Origin: Trichoplax adhaerens
Lineage: Eukaryota > Animalia > Placozoa
Assembly (NCBI RefSeq): GCF_000150275.1
Contig: NW_002060950.1
Location: 2,468,106 to 2,532,105 of the forward strand
Reading direction: 5' to 3'
Length of the DNA stretch: 64,000 nucleotides
This document shows, piece by piece, positions 40,334 to 54,417 of the stretch; the stretch's first letter is position 1, and each line of letters begins with the position of its first letter. The position numbers and the translations under genes were made by a program. The notes under the pieces are model-generated. The model saw nothing but the letters and a program-made list of their open reading frames with translations, did not search any database and was not told where the DNA came from.

Positions 40334-42510
40334 TTTTTCTTTTACGTTATTCTAACAATATTCGTAAATGTATGAGGCTTAATCTATAACATAGGGCAAT
40401 CATGAATTTGATTAATGGAAAGATACACTAGATCACCAGTTTAATTCTTTAAATTTATTATCAATTTGAAAACATTATCGTTGTAATCAATTACTTCATT
40501 TGAAGATGCTTAAATAGAATTGCCTTACCAAGACTAAATCGATCCAAGGCAGCAGCTTAATTCTACAGACCAGTAAGAAATATAGTCCTTACTTCAAGTC
40601 AATCTGAACAATTTTATAGACCACTACTGGCAATCATAGTGATATAAATATAAAATTCTGATGCTTTGTTAATTCTTATGATGTCTAATTAGTTGGGTTA
40701 GTAATTTGGTTTAAAGGTTGTCGAGCAAGTAATTAAGGTAATGTAATAACAAGTTAATTTTTCTTTTGTTAATATATTTGTGCTACTAGACTTTCTTTAT
40801 AACCCGGTACTGCCGCTACCAGGTAGTATTTTTTTGATTTCCGGAATCGATATTAATGCTGATCTACTATTAAATGAATAATTGTCATTCTAACTACCGT
40901 AGAAAATATTACAGTAAGAATATTGTACCAATAGATGAGAGAGATGGCAATCGCGATACGATCCGTTTAATCTGAAATTGATATTAGTTGTATCGAACGA
41001 TAGTGATTCTTTATCAATATTCCAAATATTTCACTTGGTATCGTTAACTGAGACCAAAAATAGAGTTAAATGCTATGTATTGAATTGTCAAATAATTAAT
41101 TAAGGATCAAATAATCGGTTCTTTCAACCAAGATAGAGGTTACGGCAATGTCCGCAAGAACAGATACTCTTTGTCATGAAACAAGTTGAATGATTTCAAT
41201 GTTGCTGCCAGACGGCACTAAAAAAAGTTGGAAAGATAATTATAGCAAGGAAGTTCCAATTCTTACAAAGCCGTAGCCATACCAATTAGAAAGATCAAAG
41301 AGTTCCTTCTCATTTGTCAGCTTAGTTTTAAATTGATTGAAAACCAGCGTATAAATTGAGGGTTATGTCTTTACTGAGAGGAGACAGAAGGAATTAATTA
41401 AATCTTTGACTTTCCCTTTATTTCCAAAGTAAATTTATTTTGCAGGACAAGTACTAACCATTAGCCTTGTATTTAATAAACGACAGTATGAAAGTAACAT
41501 GGAAAAACTCCAATGTTTTCTTATTTTCGAGACGCAAAGTAGTTGCTAGTTATTAAAACTGATGGAAAAGGTGATGTCAATCCCTACAAAATATCTAAAG
41601 GCTATGAGGAATTGCCGGAATATTTACCAAGTAATATTACTCATGGAAATACAAAATTTTTCACACCAAAAAGAACTTGATTGTAGAAAAATTTTACTTC
41701 ATTCTCAGTTAAGGCTATATATTGAAAATAGAAATATACCCAATGCAGTAATATAGCAGAAATGAAGGAGAATTGAATAGGTGGCACTTACTGCTGCGAA
41801 AGATCGTAGCTGAAGATTCGGAACGATAAATGTAGCCGATTAAATTGAATCAATTAATCAATTAACAATTGTAATAATTAATTGTAGTAATCGATGTAAA
41901 GAAGGATGAAGAATATCGAAAATTGGATAATATTTTCAAGTGAAATAATAGTGTATTAATGAAATCTTCTTTGTCTAAAGCTTGACAGTGTCAGTTTAAT
42001 TTCTAGTCATTAATACCGACAACCTGGATCATTTCAATTTGGTTATAAGCTATAGAATAAATTTGTAGCAGGAAATCTGCTAGTAAATATTAGGATTCTC
42101 GCCGGTTATTCCAAATCTAAATCGATTAAGCGAAGATAGGCGTTAGTCCTTTTCAAAAGAAGCATATTAAACCGCTAATTAATATAATTTAGTAATTGTA
42201 ATGACCGAGTAATAGTCTCCTGCTATTACTGTACTGTAGATTCACGAACGTAACCCAAAATTTAAATTAACAAAATGGAGTAATTCCCTAATGTGATACA
42301 CGAATTAGCCACCTACTGTACTACTACAATTAGATGAAATTATTACAGTAATTCATCAATTGTAAGGAACTACAAAAAATTTGATAAAAATTACAATTAA
42401 TGTAGTACTACAAAATCGCATACATGGGTTTGGATAGGATCATTTATTCGAATTCGAATTACGGATTGATTGCAATTTCTCTATTTTATTAACATCGGAG
42501 CGCATCGGTA

Positions 42511-42870
42511 TAGGGTACCAAATCTCATTAGGTTAAAATATTACTGACATGGGTGCATCTAAGGTTGAAAAATTGAGGTTATAAAAATGAACTAAAAATG
42601 TCTGGTAGAAGCATATCAAACCACTAGTTTAATCATTTTACTGATTTTGAAGCACTACGAGATCGATATAAATTAAATATTATGTAATCGTACAAAATCT
42701 GACACATGTGTTTGGGTGTGAACTTAAATTCAAATATGAATTAGCAGCGATTTGTCATCTTTATTAACATAGAAGTGTAATGATTAGGGCACAAAATCTC
42801 ATCAAGTTAAATATTAACGAGTCTAATGTTAAAAATTGTGGTTATGGAAACAAACTAAAAATGTCTGGTA
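42511..42870. repeat. Diverged ~90-bp direct duplication (42511-42608 / 42785-42870)
   Basis: Both copies run TAGGG..C.AAATCTCAT...AACTAAAAATGTCTGGTA. Confidence 0.7.
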
Positions 42871-45800
42871 ATAATAAGGGACATAAAGCTTTACTAAAGT
42901 GTTTTGGTAATGGATACTCAGCGAATTTCTTACCCTATTGAATGCAATATTTGCTATGCTTCAAGTTTGAGCTTACAAGACTTAAAATACTTCGAAGATG
43001 GGAAGACTTACAAACCTTTCTTGTCTAAAAGTTGATAGAGATAATTATACCCTTTTAATAAAGACTAGAATCATAGAAGATTTGTATCTAATGTGATATG
43101 GTAAATAATGCACTCTTCGGCGTAAACATGCGAGTTAAAATATAGTACAATTCTCTGGTAATAAATTGCAGCATTTCGAGGAAATTATTACTATCATAAT
43201 ACATATTATGCCTAAATTAAATAATACAACCAGGCCAGCTGTTGCCATAGAAAATAATGTTCTATTTCTATAGTTGCACTTGATCATTGTTGCTGACAGA
43301 GCCTTAATCTAAGAACTGATTAATAATTCACATTTAACCAACAAGAAATATGTTTACGACTTTTACAAGATGCTTCACACGTCTACAAGTAGATGTCTAG
43401 TATTTGCTAAGCAACGATTAAAAATGGATACATTTTATGACTAAAATCAATTAGATCGATCACACTTATCAGCGCAAAATATTTTAACTAATTGCCAATA
43501 GAAAGCTTAACTGCTTTATTACCTATTTTCGTGAATTTTTGAATGAGAACTGTGGTATAGAATTTTAAGTTGGTAGTAGCAAGGACTCGAATGAGCTTTA
43601 ATATTATTAGAATGTATTTATACTTTTACTAGACTAACAAGCGTTTGCATTGTTAGTTAGTATTATTTATAGCGATTCTTTACATTTAGAGATGAGCAAA
43701 TCATGGATATTCGTCAAAGTAACATTGACAGCATCATAGTTATCATTCAACTAATCAAAATTTGTGTGTTGGGCTGATGAAACTTGTGCAGCCTTAAGTT
43801 TTATTTCTTCGCTCATAGAAATATGAAATGCTTCATATCGGAAATTTCTAACATTGAATTTCTTTCACATCGACATTGAGCACCTCATACCCTTTGTATT
43901 AATATAACACGATCCATTTCTGCTAACATGATTTTTATTCATCTAATATACTATATTTATAAGATTATAAGTGTTTTCATGCCATTCTATTAAGAAATTC
44001 ATTTTTTTCTGAATACAATTTAATTATGTAGCCATAACTACTTATCTCTTTATAGATAGATAAATAACTAGGCTGTCGTGATATATCTTATCCCTCTTAA
44101 AAAAATTGCTTAGCATCCGATCGAATACTCAAGCTGATCATGAATATTACTGCTAGAATGATATGATGTACTTGCAGGACAAATCCTTTAAACAGTGACA
44201 CCCCACTTTTCGTGAAACACAAAAAACACAAATCTTGAGAATATAAGTGATGGTCTTACCAGAATAAGAATAATTTATGATTTAGCATTGTAATCAATCC
44301 TATCTACTGCTATGTTAAGAAAGATTGAAATTTTTATTTACGCTAATAAATAGGAGATGAAGATGATTTCTAATTATTAAAATCACAGCTTGGGAAAAAT
44401 TTGTTATTATTTGTCAGGATGAAGATAGAAATAGCTTTAAGCAACTCTTGATGATAGAGTTTATCAATACAGCCATTCTTGAAATTTGGCTCTATGCGGG
44501 TGACACAAATAATATTATCCGTAACTAGTCCGTGATAAAAATTTAATATTCTACTACTAGATTAGTATTTCTGCATTGTATAAAAAAGTAATAGGATAAA
44601 ATCCAACTAGCGTAATGGCGATGGTACCATGATGTCTTAAAATCTAATCATCAGCGATTTCTAGCCTTATCCTTAGTACTAAAGTGGTGAGAGCAAATTA
44701 ATACTAGTAAAAACAACATAGTTAAACTCATGTGCACTTCTTACCAATAGCAATGATGATGAGAAAGATGATGTGCATCCTAATTGCTGCAAATGATGGA
44801 TCTTTTGGATTGCTTTCTGATGTCAATTTTGCATCATTACTATAAAAACTCCATAGTCAGTACGTTGGTCAACTAGGCTTTACTTCCCTCCTTTGATCTG
44901 TGCCCGACGTTATTCTAAACCTCTAGGATTAAATCATTAACTTATCACCCTTTTCAATACTGTTTTACAATAAGCCTTTACAACCTTTCATGTATCAATT
45001 GTCTATCAATAGCAAATAATATCTACGAGTACCGTATTTATTTAAGTTGCTCTATGACTGGGCAAAATGACACAATGATTACAATGTTGAAAAATGAAGT
45101 AATCAAACATTTAACTCACTTTCTAATATTCTAATAACTAGTTACCCTTTCCATTGAATCTCAGCTATCAATAATTAATCGAGATTATCTAGCGTACTAA
45201 CAATTATATCTGGAGATTAAAATGGGGATATAGGCGTGGTATACCCTAATTAACGATATTGAGGGCATTTCTTCAAAACTATTGATCCTGACTTCCACAA
45301 TTTAATCTCTGTTGATTTCCTTTTTATACTATACTTCCGCGATCATATCCGCAGCCCACTTCACTATTTTGAATTCATATATAATTAAGAAGTTAAATCA
45401 AACTCTTCTACGTGACCCTATCTCGCACTAGCCTAAGTAAACGAGAAGCATACGATTGTTGTTTCAATTGAAAAACTCTTCAGACTATATAATGGCTGTG
45501 TTAATCTGTCTCGACATCTCTTGTCTAGCTATATCAATTTTTATTCTTAAAATTCAGGGATGAGTCATTGCTGTTGTTAATATATCACTATCATAGTCAT
45601 ACATAAGCATATTAGAATAAAATTACTTCAAGTTGCCGATAGTGCCTATCCAACATTGTTCGTCGTTAATATCAAAGATTTAAAATTATTTTGCTACAAG
45701 CAAATAATATCATTATCAATGATATTTCCTATTTTCGATCCTATCAATTGAATATCATGATACTCCCTATAAAAAGTCCAATCCTTTTCTAATCTTTATC

Positions 45801-46157
45801 CGTATTTATAGATATTTAGGGCATATAATTAAATGTTACAACTTAAATAGAAAGAATTATTAAAGCATATCAAAGATAAAGATTAGGTTTTACTCCGAAA
45901 ATGGATCATTATTAAGTGATTGCAGATATGGATACTAAATATCGATTTATTCAATCGAAATATAGCTTCTTGGAGGATAAATTATCCAATAAGTGATAAT
46001 AAATTAACTTCTTAATAAACTTGATATGACCAGCTGCATGTTGTCAAAAGTTATGCGAACGGATTGCTAACAAAAGATAGAAATTGTGTGTAGGCGTAGG
46101 TAAAATTGTTAATTATTGTTGTTAGGTACATTGCATAACCTAAAATATAATGACATC

Positions 46158-46373
46158 GGGTATAATGTATCTAGGATTCTTATATAGAACATCAAGATAG
46201 TTTTACTTCTGGTATTGAATCGCGAAAGTCATTGAAAATTTTCCATAGGTATAGACAATATTGATGATAATTATTAGCAGATACATTGTATAACGGAAGA
46301 TATAAGAGCATGGGGTATAATTTGTCTACAGAGAATCAAGATGGATTTGCTTGGGTTATTAAATCACGAAAGT
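46158..46373. repeat. Diverged ~60-70 bp direct duplication
   Basis: GGGTATAAT...ATCAAGAT...TATT.AATC.CGAAAGT occurs at about 46158 and 46313. Confidence 0.55.
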
Positions 46374-46540
46374 AATAATGTGCAATCGCTTATTGTAGAA
46401 ATGTGCTTAGTAAATACGTAGAGATAGAGTAGAGCAATGCTAAGTACTTGTTACGAAATAATACAGTTGTTGTAGGCATAGTATCGATAAGATCTATCAT
46501 ATCGAATAAGCCTGTTTATTCAGTATATTTCTGCAGTTGT

Positions 46541-46751
46541 TCTGTAATGATGACGATTAAGTCCTAGATAGCATATCTAAGAAAATAAGTTGTTATCTTA
46601 TTATGAATAAGATAAGATTATCGTTATCATTCATGGTATATCCGTGTCTGTAATGATGACGATTAAGTCCTAGATAGCATATCTAGGAAAATAAGTTGTT
46701 ATCTTATTATGAATAAGATAAGATTGTCGTTAACATTCATGGTATGTCCGT
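46541..46751. repeat. Recent tandem duplication of a 106-bp self-complementary unit
   Basis: Copies at 46541 and 46647 differ at about 4 positions; each has internal inverted repeats. Confidence 0.92.
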
Positions 46752-49365
46752 TATTGCACATTACTGGTAGTTGTCTCTTATATATAACGGCTCCTAACGC
46801 ATAATAAAGTTAGTTCGGTACTTAAGCTATATTGGACTCGTGATTGTTCAGTACTCAAGCCCTACTGGACTATTAAATTATTGTTACGATAAACTAGAAA
46901 GTGTAACAGTACTGTATTTATCATTCGTTGGATATAGCTCCACTGATATTAAAATAATTATTTACCAAAATGGATACAAAGTAGAAAGATCATTTTATTC
47001 TTAAAGCCAAATAAGTATATCATGTAACAAATGTAATTGGCATATTTAGTAGATAGAAGTGATAATACTCGAAGACTCCAGATATAATTATTCAAAACTG
47101 ACCTCAGTTACAGTGTGGTCATGAAATTCGTAATGGATAAGTTTCTATCATAGCGTAAGTCGATATTCATTAGGATATCTTAAAGAAATTGATAAACTCA
47201 ATCACTGCTCATAATTTTGTAGAATGCCATCATTTGATAAGTTCAGTTTAATTAAGGTAGCTGATTAGAATAAAAGCGCGACATTTTGCATAAGAATACA
47301 TTTATTAGGAACAGTTGACACAAGTAAGAAGTTCAATAATTCGATATGTCTATTTTGTAGGTCAAATCATGTAGTCATCATTAATATCCTATCTTTACTA
47401 TCGTAAATTTAAAAATAGTTGTGGCCTGTCAGTACCATGAATCTGTTGTATCTGATTTAAATTTAAACTATTAATGGATTTTTTACTTGATAATTGCACA
47501 TATAACTTTGGTTTAGGCAAAAAATCGAAAACCAACACAATCGCTCATAAATTGTAGTATCAGCAAACTATTAATATATGAGATTTCGATTTTGAACTTG
47601 CTGCTTTGCGAAATTGCACTTTCTAATCATCATTTCAATCATAAATATCTAAATGTAAAACAGCACTTTAGCCAAGCATTTATACCCCAATTTCCATTTT
47701 CAGCAAACATCTACATTTATATGTGTATCATAAATAGTACTACCCTAGCGAACACTGTCGTAACTGCGGAAAGTTGATCACATTTTACCAGATTGTGGCT
47801 TCGATAGAGGATATAAAATCAGATTTGCTGACTGAAATTGTTTTATTTGTCTTCGAATTTTTAATAACCGTATAAGAGCTTTGTAATAATTTGCTTTAGC
47901 TGCAGATATTACAAATACCGTATAATTAGTTTTAAAATTGCAATTTAATAAATAATCAATAGTAATAATTTAATTTTAGCATCGATAGCAAACTATATAG
48001 TAATATGCTATAAATATCCTATAGATCAGAATTTTGCCAGAAGTAATCACAATTAATAGAAGCTCTAAAACAAGTATGATAGATCAAATTAAAATTCATT
48101 AGCAGGCAAAACGTGATAAGATCAGCTGCATCCACTTTTTTAAAAATTAATATAGAGTTACATATTGCAGGATTTCTTCAACATCGAGTAATTCTAGACA
48201 CGAGACGAACGCTGTCTGCTGGATATATAGTTTTCGTGCCAATATATATTGGGTAGTCTGAGCACAGATGTCATAACAAATTTTATAGAATTTGAATCGA
48301 AATACAAGCTCATAAGCGTTAGTCAATTTTTCGGCGTATTAATATTTAGCAGTTTTGTAGTTTATTCGGTATAATGAAAGGTAAAATGTAAATGCATACT
48401 TTAGGGAATATCAAAATATTATTCACGATATAAGCTTATCTCTTGAAAGATTTACAGCACAAATGTACCGTAGCCTTACTCCATTTATAATAAATTGATG
48501 GAAAATTAAATTAAATCGGTAGAAGCTAATGATGTGCAACATTATGCTGATGAGGAATATATTTAAGGTAGCTAAAGAAAATTTTTTCAGGCCAATTTTA
48601 CCTATAGAATTCTGTCCGGTGTGTTAATCTCAGCGGAAGAGTGTGTGGTTTTCACCTACTTAGCTCTGATTATTTCAAATATAGATCCATTCACCGACTA
48701 GTTACATCTTAAAACGTTTAAAGTCGACTTCAAGTTACGTATCTCAATAGTTGCGTCGAGATCATAGAATGAACTATAAATCAGGCTGATAACAAAGTAG
48801 TATTCCTACTAAATATAATAATATGCTTTCAGCTGATTATTAATATAAGAACATATTAATTGAAATAATTTTACATAGCAGAGTCTATCTTTTATTATAA
48901 AAGTAAAGAGGACATTAATCTATCAGTTCGCTTTTACTCTATGTCATAATCAAACTTCAAGTGAAACTTAGTTACGAAATTTAAAATAGATCATATTTAA
49001 GGATTCTATGTAGGCGATTACAAATCCTTTTTATTATAATTTTTAGATATTTCTATTCACTCCTAATTCGATCTTATTTTATCGCATTTGGCTATGAATT
49101 TTGGGTTAAAATTCGTGCTTTTCAACCTTATTTTTACTGGAAATTTGAGGTGAGGAAATAGTGTGGCCCCGACTAAACCTAAATTATCCATAAGAAATTA
49201 ATCTTATTGTTAGACATAGAAGAAGTTGTATATAAGCACCGGATAGATATTACTGTAATTAAGTATACATTATCACAATCATCTTCATAATTTATAGCAA
49301 TTTACGAATTCGATGATGCTACGGCTAATTAGTACAATACTGCACACTTAGCAAATACTTAATGA

Positions 49366-49712
49366 TGGCTCGTTTTTTAGACAGTATTCTAATCGTAATA
49401 TAGTCTAGTTTATTAAGTGCAGGCTCATTGTTGGATAGCATTCTAATAATAATATAGTCTAGTTCACTAAGCTCTTATTCAAGCTGAATAATTATGTATA
49501 TTTAGATAGTATTCTAATCGTAATATAATCTAGTTCATTAAGTTCTTATTCAAATGAGCGATTATGTACAATGGATTAATCTGTAATTATATCACATATG
49601 GATATGTTTACACTCTGCACGTAACAAACGCTAATTAATGACTCGTTTCTAAACAGCATTCTAATAATAATATATTTTTTTTCATTAAGCTCTTACTTAA
49701 ACTGAATAATTT
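49366..49712. repeat. Four diverged copies of a ~40-70 bp unit (AG[TC]ATTCTAAT..TAATATA.TCTAGTTCATTAAG) just 3' of the second GPCR
   Basis: Copies at about 49381, 49436, 49506 and 49653. Confidence 0.75.
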
Positions 49713-49806
49713 CATGGATAGGATTAAACAATATTTATATGTCATATGAATGTGTTCTGAAAGAGATTAAATGGATTTTAATAGCACAATTACATTATCC
49801 GAATAC

Positions 49807-51162
49807 TTACGTTAACGATGTCTGACTTCCTCTTCTGCTATCATTAAGTTGAACTGGAGTCATTGACAGTGGTATATGGCTAATTGGATGGATGTTAGAT
49901 AAGTGAATATATGCTGATGATGAGTCGCAGCTATTATGACGTGCATTTGGATCAATCTGCTTAAAAAGGTACTTAAAAGCAAATCGGAATTCACGACTGG
50001 ACCATCCATAGATGATAGGATTGCATGCAGAATTTACGTAGGTTAAAACTACTCCTAACCATTGCAATCCTTTTTGATAAGTTAAACAACTACCTGGGCA
50101 TACTTGAAGTATAAAGGTGATTATAGTAAATGGTGTAAAACAAAGAATAGCAATACCTACGACAACTCCTAATGTCTTAGCTGCGCGTAATTCGCGCAAA
50201 AAGCGTTTACTTTCACGCCCTCTCTCACGATTGTTTGGTATAGCAATGGTAGCAGTATACATTCGTAGCATTTCACGCCGCATTTTAAAATGTTGTCGAG
50301 CAGCATGATAGATCCTTGCATTACAAGCAATCATAATTATAAATGGCACAATCAAGTAAGTAGCAAGTAAGATAAATGCTAAAATAGTCCATGTACTGTA
50401 TGCGTTATAATAAATACAAGATTTTTTAATTTCTACTGCGGCTGGATTATGAGTAAGAACATTGGCAGCATAGCTTGAATTATCGTGCTGCATTGCATAG
50501 CTTAAACCAATAGATGGAGTCGTTTTGAATAAATTAGAAGTATGATCGCTAGCCATTGGCTTTCCATGAAATTGAATTAAGTCAATGATCGGTTTAACGG
50601 CTAATCCAATACTTAAACACCATATTATTACTATTGCGGCGATGATCCAACGGGAACGAACTCGACGACGATATACATATGCTGATGTTACCGCCAAACA
50701 GCGCTCCACACTTATAGCTGATAGCGTTAGTAATGACAAAGATATAAAGAAGAATAATAAACTTTGCCATATGAGACATAAAGTTGTACTTAATATTAAA
50801 AAATCCCAGTAACTTAACATAATGATGACAGATAATGGCATGACTACTGTGGCCAGAGATAAATCAGCAAATGCCAGATTTAACACTAAATAAAATGTGG
50901 GCAAGTGAACAATATTCTTGCTTTTCAGAACAGCTGCAAAGACAATAATGTTACCTGCTGTCGATGTAAGGATAATTAATCCAATTACTGTTATGTAGAA
51001 AATATAGATTCCATTATTAACGGGTCCAATCCCAGATCTGTAAGGTAAAGTATTTGAGCGCGGTGAATTTGTTTCTTGGCTCATATTAGAAACGGGCCTT
51101 GTGATGTCAGAGTATGTAATTAAAGTATAGACCGCTTGATTCAAATGATTGCTTACTTGCAT
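49807..51162 (-). CDS. Single-exon class A GPCR, aminergic/adenosine-receptor-like orphan (451 aa; alternative start Met at 51084)
   Basis: GN, NLAFAD...VMP, C3.25, ERC in place of DRY, ELRAAKTLGVVVG...CFTPF (TM6), YVNSACNPIIY, REFRFAF helix 8. Confidence 0.95.
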   Translation of the reverse strand: MQVSNHLNQAVYTLITYSDITRPVSNMSQETNSPRSNTLPYRSGIGPVNNGIYIFYITVIGLIILTSTAGNIIVFAAVLKSKNIVHLPTFYLVLNLAFADLSLATVVMPLSVIIMLSYWDFLILSTTLCLIWQSLLFFFISLSLLTLSAISVERCLAVTSAYVYRRRVRSRWIIAAIVIIWCLSIGLAVKPIIDLIQFHGKPMASDHTSNLFKTTPSIGLSYAMQHDNSSYAANVLTHNPAAVEIKKSCIYYNAYSTWTILAFILLATYLIVPFIIMIACNARIYHAARQHFKMRREMLRMYTATIAIPNNRERGRESKRFLRELRAAKTLGVVVGIAILCFTPFTIITFILQVCPGSCLTYQKGLQWLGVVLTYVNSACNPIIYGWSSREFRFAFKYLFKQIDPNARHNSCDSSSAYIHLSNIHPISHIPLSMTPVQLNDSRRGSQTSLT

Positions 51163-54100
51163 CTTAAGAAGTGGTCAATATATCTACTTTACCGACTATT
51201 TATTCTGAAAATTTATTTTTTAGAGCTTGATAGATATTTGAGGAAATGCCTACTTACACTCTCTTAGGCTGGCTTATGTTGATATCTCAACGAAAGGTTA
51301 TTTAATTCTATCTGTCAAATTAATAAGTTCAGTAAATTACAGAGGCGATCGATACTGCTGTTATTAGGCAAATTAAATATGTTTATGAGTAATTATGGGA
51401 ACTATATGACTTAGTCTATCAATAAACCGCAGGTAGTAACTACATAAAAATTTAACGCAAAACGAACTGTAAATAAAGTTAATCATTAGTGTTCGAGTAG
51501 TATCGAACATTAGAATAAGCTGAAATACAATATAGAAATTAATTTTTTCAGTTCTCTAGCAATCGTAAAGTTTACGAATTGCTATGCCCATTGACTTATA
51601 GGCAAAGATGAATTAAATCTTCAATAGGTACCAAATGATCCGAATAAATAAAGAACTCTAATTGTAACGGAGAGCTACATATGTAACATTGTTCTTGGAA
51701 CCTATCCTAGGTTGGTATTTCTAAAAGCGTGTTGAAAATTTATTCCAACGAAAAATCTCAAAAAGTTAATATCTATCTAAAATATTCTTAATACTTTGAT
51801 ATTCTGATATTTATCTTCCGCTTGTGATTGACGTTAGTATTTCGAGTCGAGCTAATATTTTAGATGGCAAAAGCTCGCTGACTGTCAAAAAAGGATCACC
51901 AGCAATTATTATTTTCTTAATACTGGAGCAATGACCTAAGCTCTTTATAATTCTTTATGTACTTCTTGATGAGAAGATTTAAAGTGTGGTAATATTTGAA
52001 TTAATATTTCTGAAGCTGAGAAATATATCAATGAAGTAGCAAGTTAGCTTATCCAAGCTTTGACCTGTATAACGATTGAATCAATTGACCAATTTTCAGT
52101 CACAAGTTTTAGTGTAGTACATTTCAAAAATTGAAGAATTAAAATGAAGACGCCATTTGGGATTTGAAATAGCAGCAATATCTATATCATCAACATCTGA
52201 GTTTAGAATACCTATAAGTTCTAAAATAAAAATTTTCAAATTTATATTAATTTCAGATAATAGGTTATTAATTTGTTTTAATTTCGATAGATATTTTCAA
52301 AATTTGAAGTTGTTCATGTTTTTAATCATGCTAAATCCTATCAAACCGATATGCTGTAAGACAGAACAATACTTTACTTTTTAATCGTTTAATCGAGATA
52401 TTGACGAGAGCATGATCGGTAAAAATCAATTTTTGACTATCCATGATGCATTTAATGATGTGATATTGCTGCTAAGGAGAGTATTTGCCCGATTGTTATA
52501 GGATTTTACAAAGTAATAAAACAAATAAAGCAATAAAATCGAATAAGGCTAGAAAGAAGGAAAAGTCAATCTTTGAACGATTTATTAGTGATTCTGAAAG
52601 ACATGAATTACAAATAGTGGACGAAATTTAAAAAGATAATTATCAGCACCTCTTCTGCCCTGCTGAAATACGATTTTGAGTGGTTAGATCGAATTCGACT
52701 GTAGTTACAAGATTACTACTTAGAGAAAAGTCAAAAAGTGCACAAATGGGCCAGAAAAAATGATAGCAAATTGGCTCCGTTAACAATAGTTAAAATGAAT
52801 CATGCAAAAGAAATTTAGCCAGCACTTTGAAGATGCCTTTTACTCTGGAACTAGCACGAGTAAAGTAATTGTGGATTATCGATACCATTTTTAAACCAGT
52901 ACGTGGCATAAAAGGACCCATAAGAAGAAAAAATTGTTCATCTCGGGACCCAATACGATAACCTGAAATTGCTGATGTTCTAGTCATAACAAGATTAGTA
53001 CTTTTCGATGTGTTTCTTACCCTATTTTGCACCAGCTGAACTATTTTCAGGCCAATCTTGGTTTCTTTGACCAGGATAAATAATATGCTTACAAAGGATG
53101 GCTACAAAAAAATGATAGATACCGAGAAATGTAATTTTATAAAATAAGAAAACGAATGCGTGTTTCAGCATCGAAAGGCTCAAATTTGCATCGATCTAGA
53201 TATGGCAAGATTTAGAAATCGAGATGAATTTATTATCACCTTCAATTAATAAATTAATTATGAACCAGGCTAGTATTCTTCGAAAAGCTATTTGTTATTA
53301 TTCTCACGACAATTGTGCTAGTCATCGACTAAAGTACATCGTCTCCCTAGTGCCATAAATTATCATTTTTTCTTTAGTTAACTGCGGGACCCAACGAATT
53401 TTAAGTATCGTATTTTCTGTCCTATTAGTATAAAAATGGTGTTAGAAAGTGTCCATAACTATCTCATGGTTAAGATCTTTTTAAAAAAGAAGTTTTAACC
53501 GAATTGTAAAGTCGCTTTCTAACATTAATTCCATTGTAGACGCAATCGTTTATACCTTGTTACGCTTTTGCAACGTCATTAAAAATGTCTGAATGGCAAT
53601 CGTCCATCAATAATGGGCATTTATAATTTGTGTCAGCTTTGAGTTATGATCTATTCAATACTTTGTTTGCTTATCATTACTGTTGGAAAATATAAATTTG
53701 AAAGAATTATGAGGCGAAGAACAAAAAAGTCATTATTGGAATAGGACCCAAAAAGCGCTAAGCAATTTTCTTTCAGCATTATCGGGTCATAGAGGACATT
53801 TGGCAATAGAAGCAATAGTTTGAATTGAAATTATAAATTTCCATATATATTAACTTTGCTTCAAGGATAAGTGAAATTGCTATGAAATTCATTTTAGGTC
53901 AGAAGTGTTGTAAAGATTATCTGCCGTTGATTTAAATATATTAATAAATAATAAAAGCAGGAGTAACTTAACTTTGACACTTTAATAGAGACAGCAGTAT
54001 TATTGCCCACTCATTTAAAACAAATGTCTGTTCGAAGGAGTCTGCAGCTATTTCTACCGGAAAATCGCTTTGACTAAGCAAGTAAATATTTTTCATCCCG

Positions 54101-54417
54101 AAACTTGAAGGAAATGAAATAGTTATCTGAGCGCATGTGATGTACTAAATTTCCGGAAAGGATAGCTTCTAATATCCATTTGGAAAACATTGCCGTGAAT
54201 GATTTTTGCCGTAAATGGCATCGGTAGATCACATCGTATACTTAATGTTAGGGTTACTTAACTGTATTCTATATGTTTTCTATTGCTTAATTAAGTAAAA
54301 TGGAATAAAATGAGTGAAATGATAGCAATTTTTAGATTAAAAGCAACTCAATTAGACGTTGTAATGTTTTCGTACCATAGTGTTACGTTAATGAATTTTT
54401 TATTCATGAAACGTAGT

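Noticed and set aside
52900-53760. Four GGACCCA words near ORF 52790..53032
   Set aside because: Too short to distinguish from chance, and the ORF has no recognisable similarity
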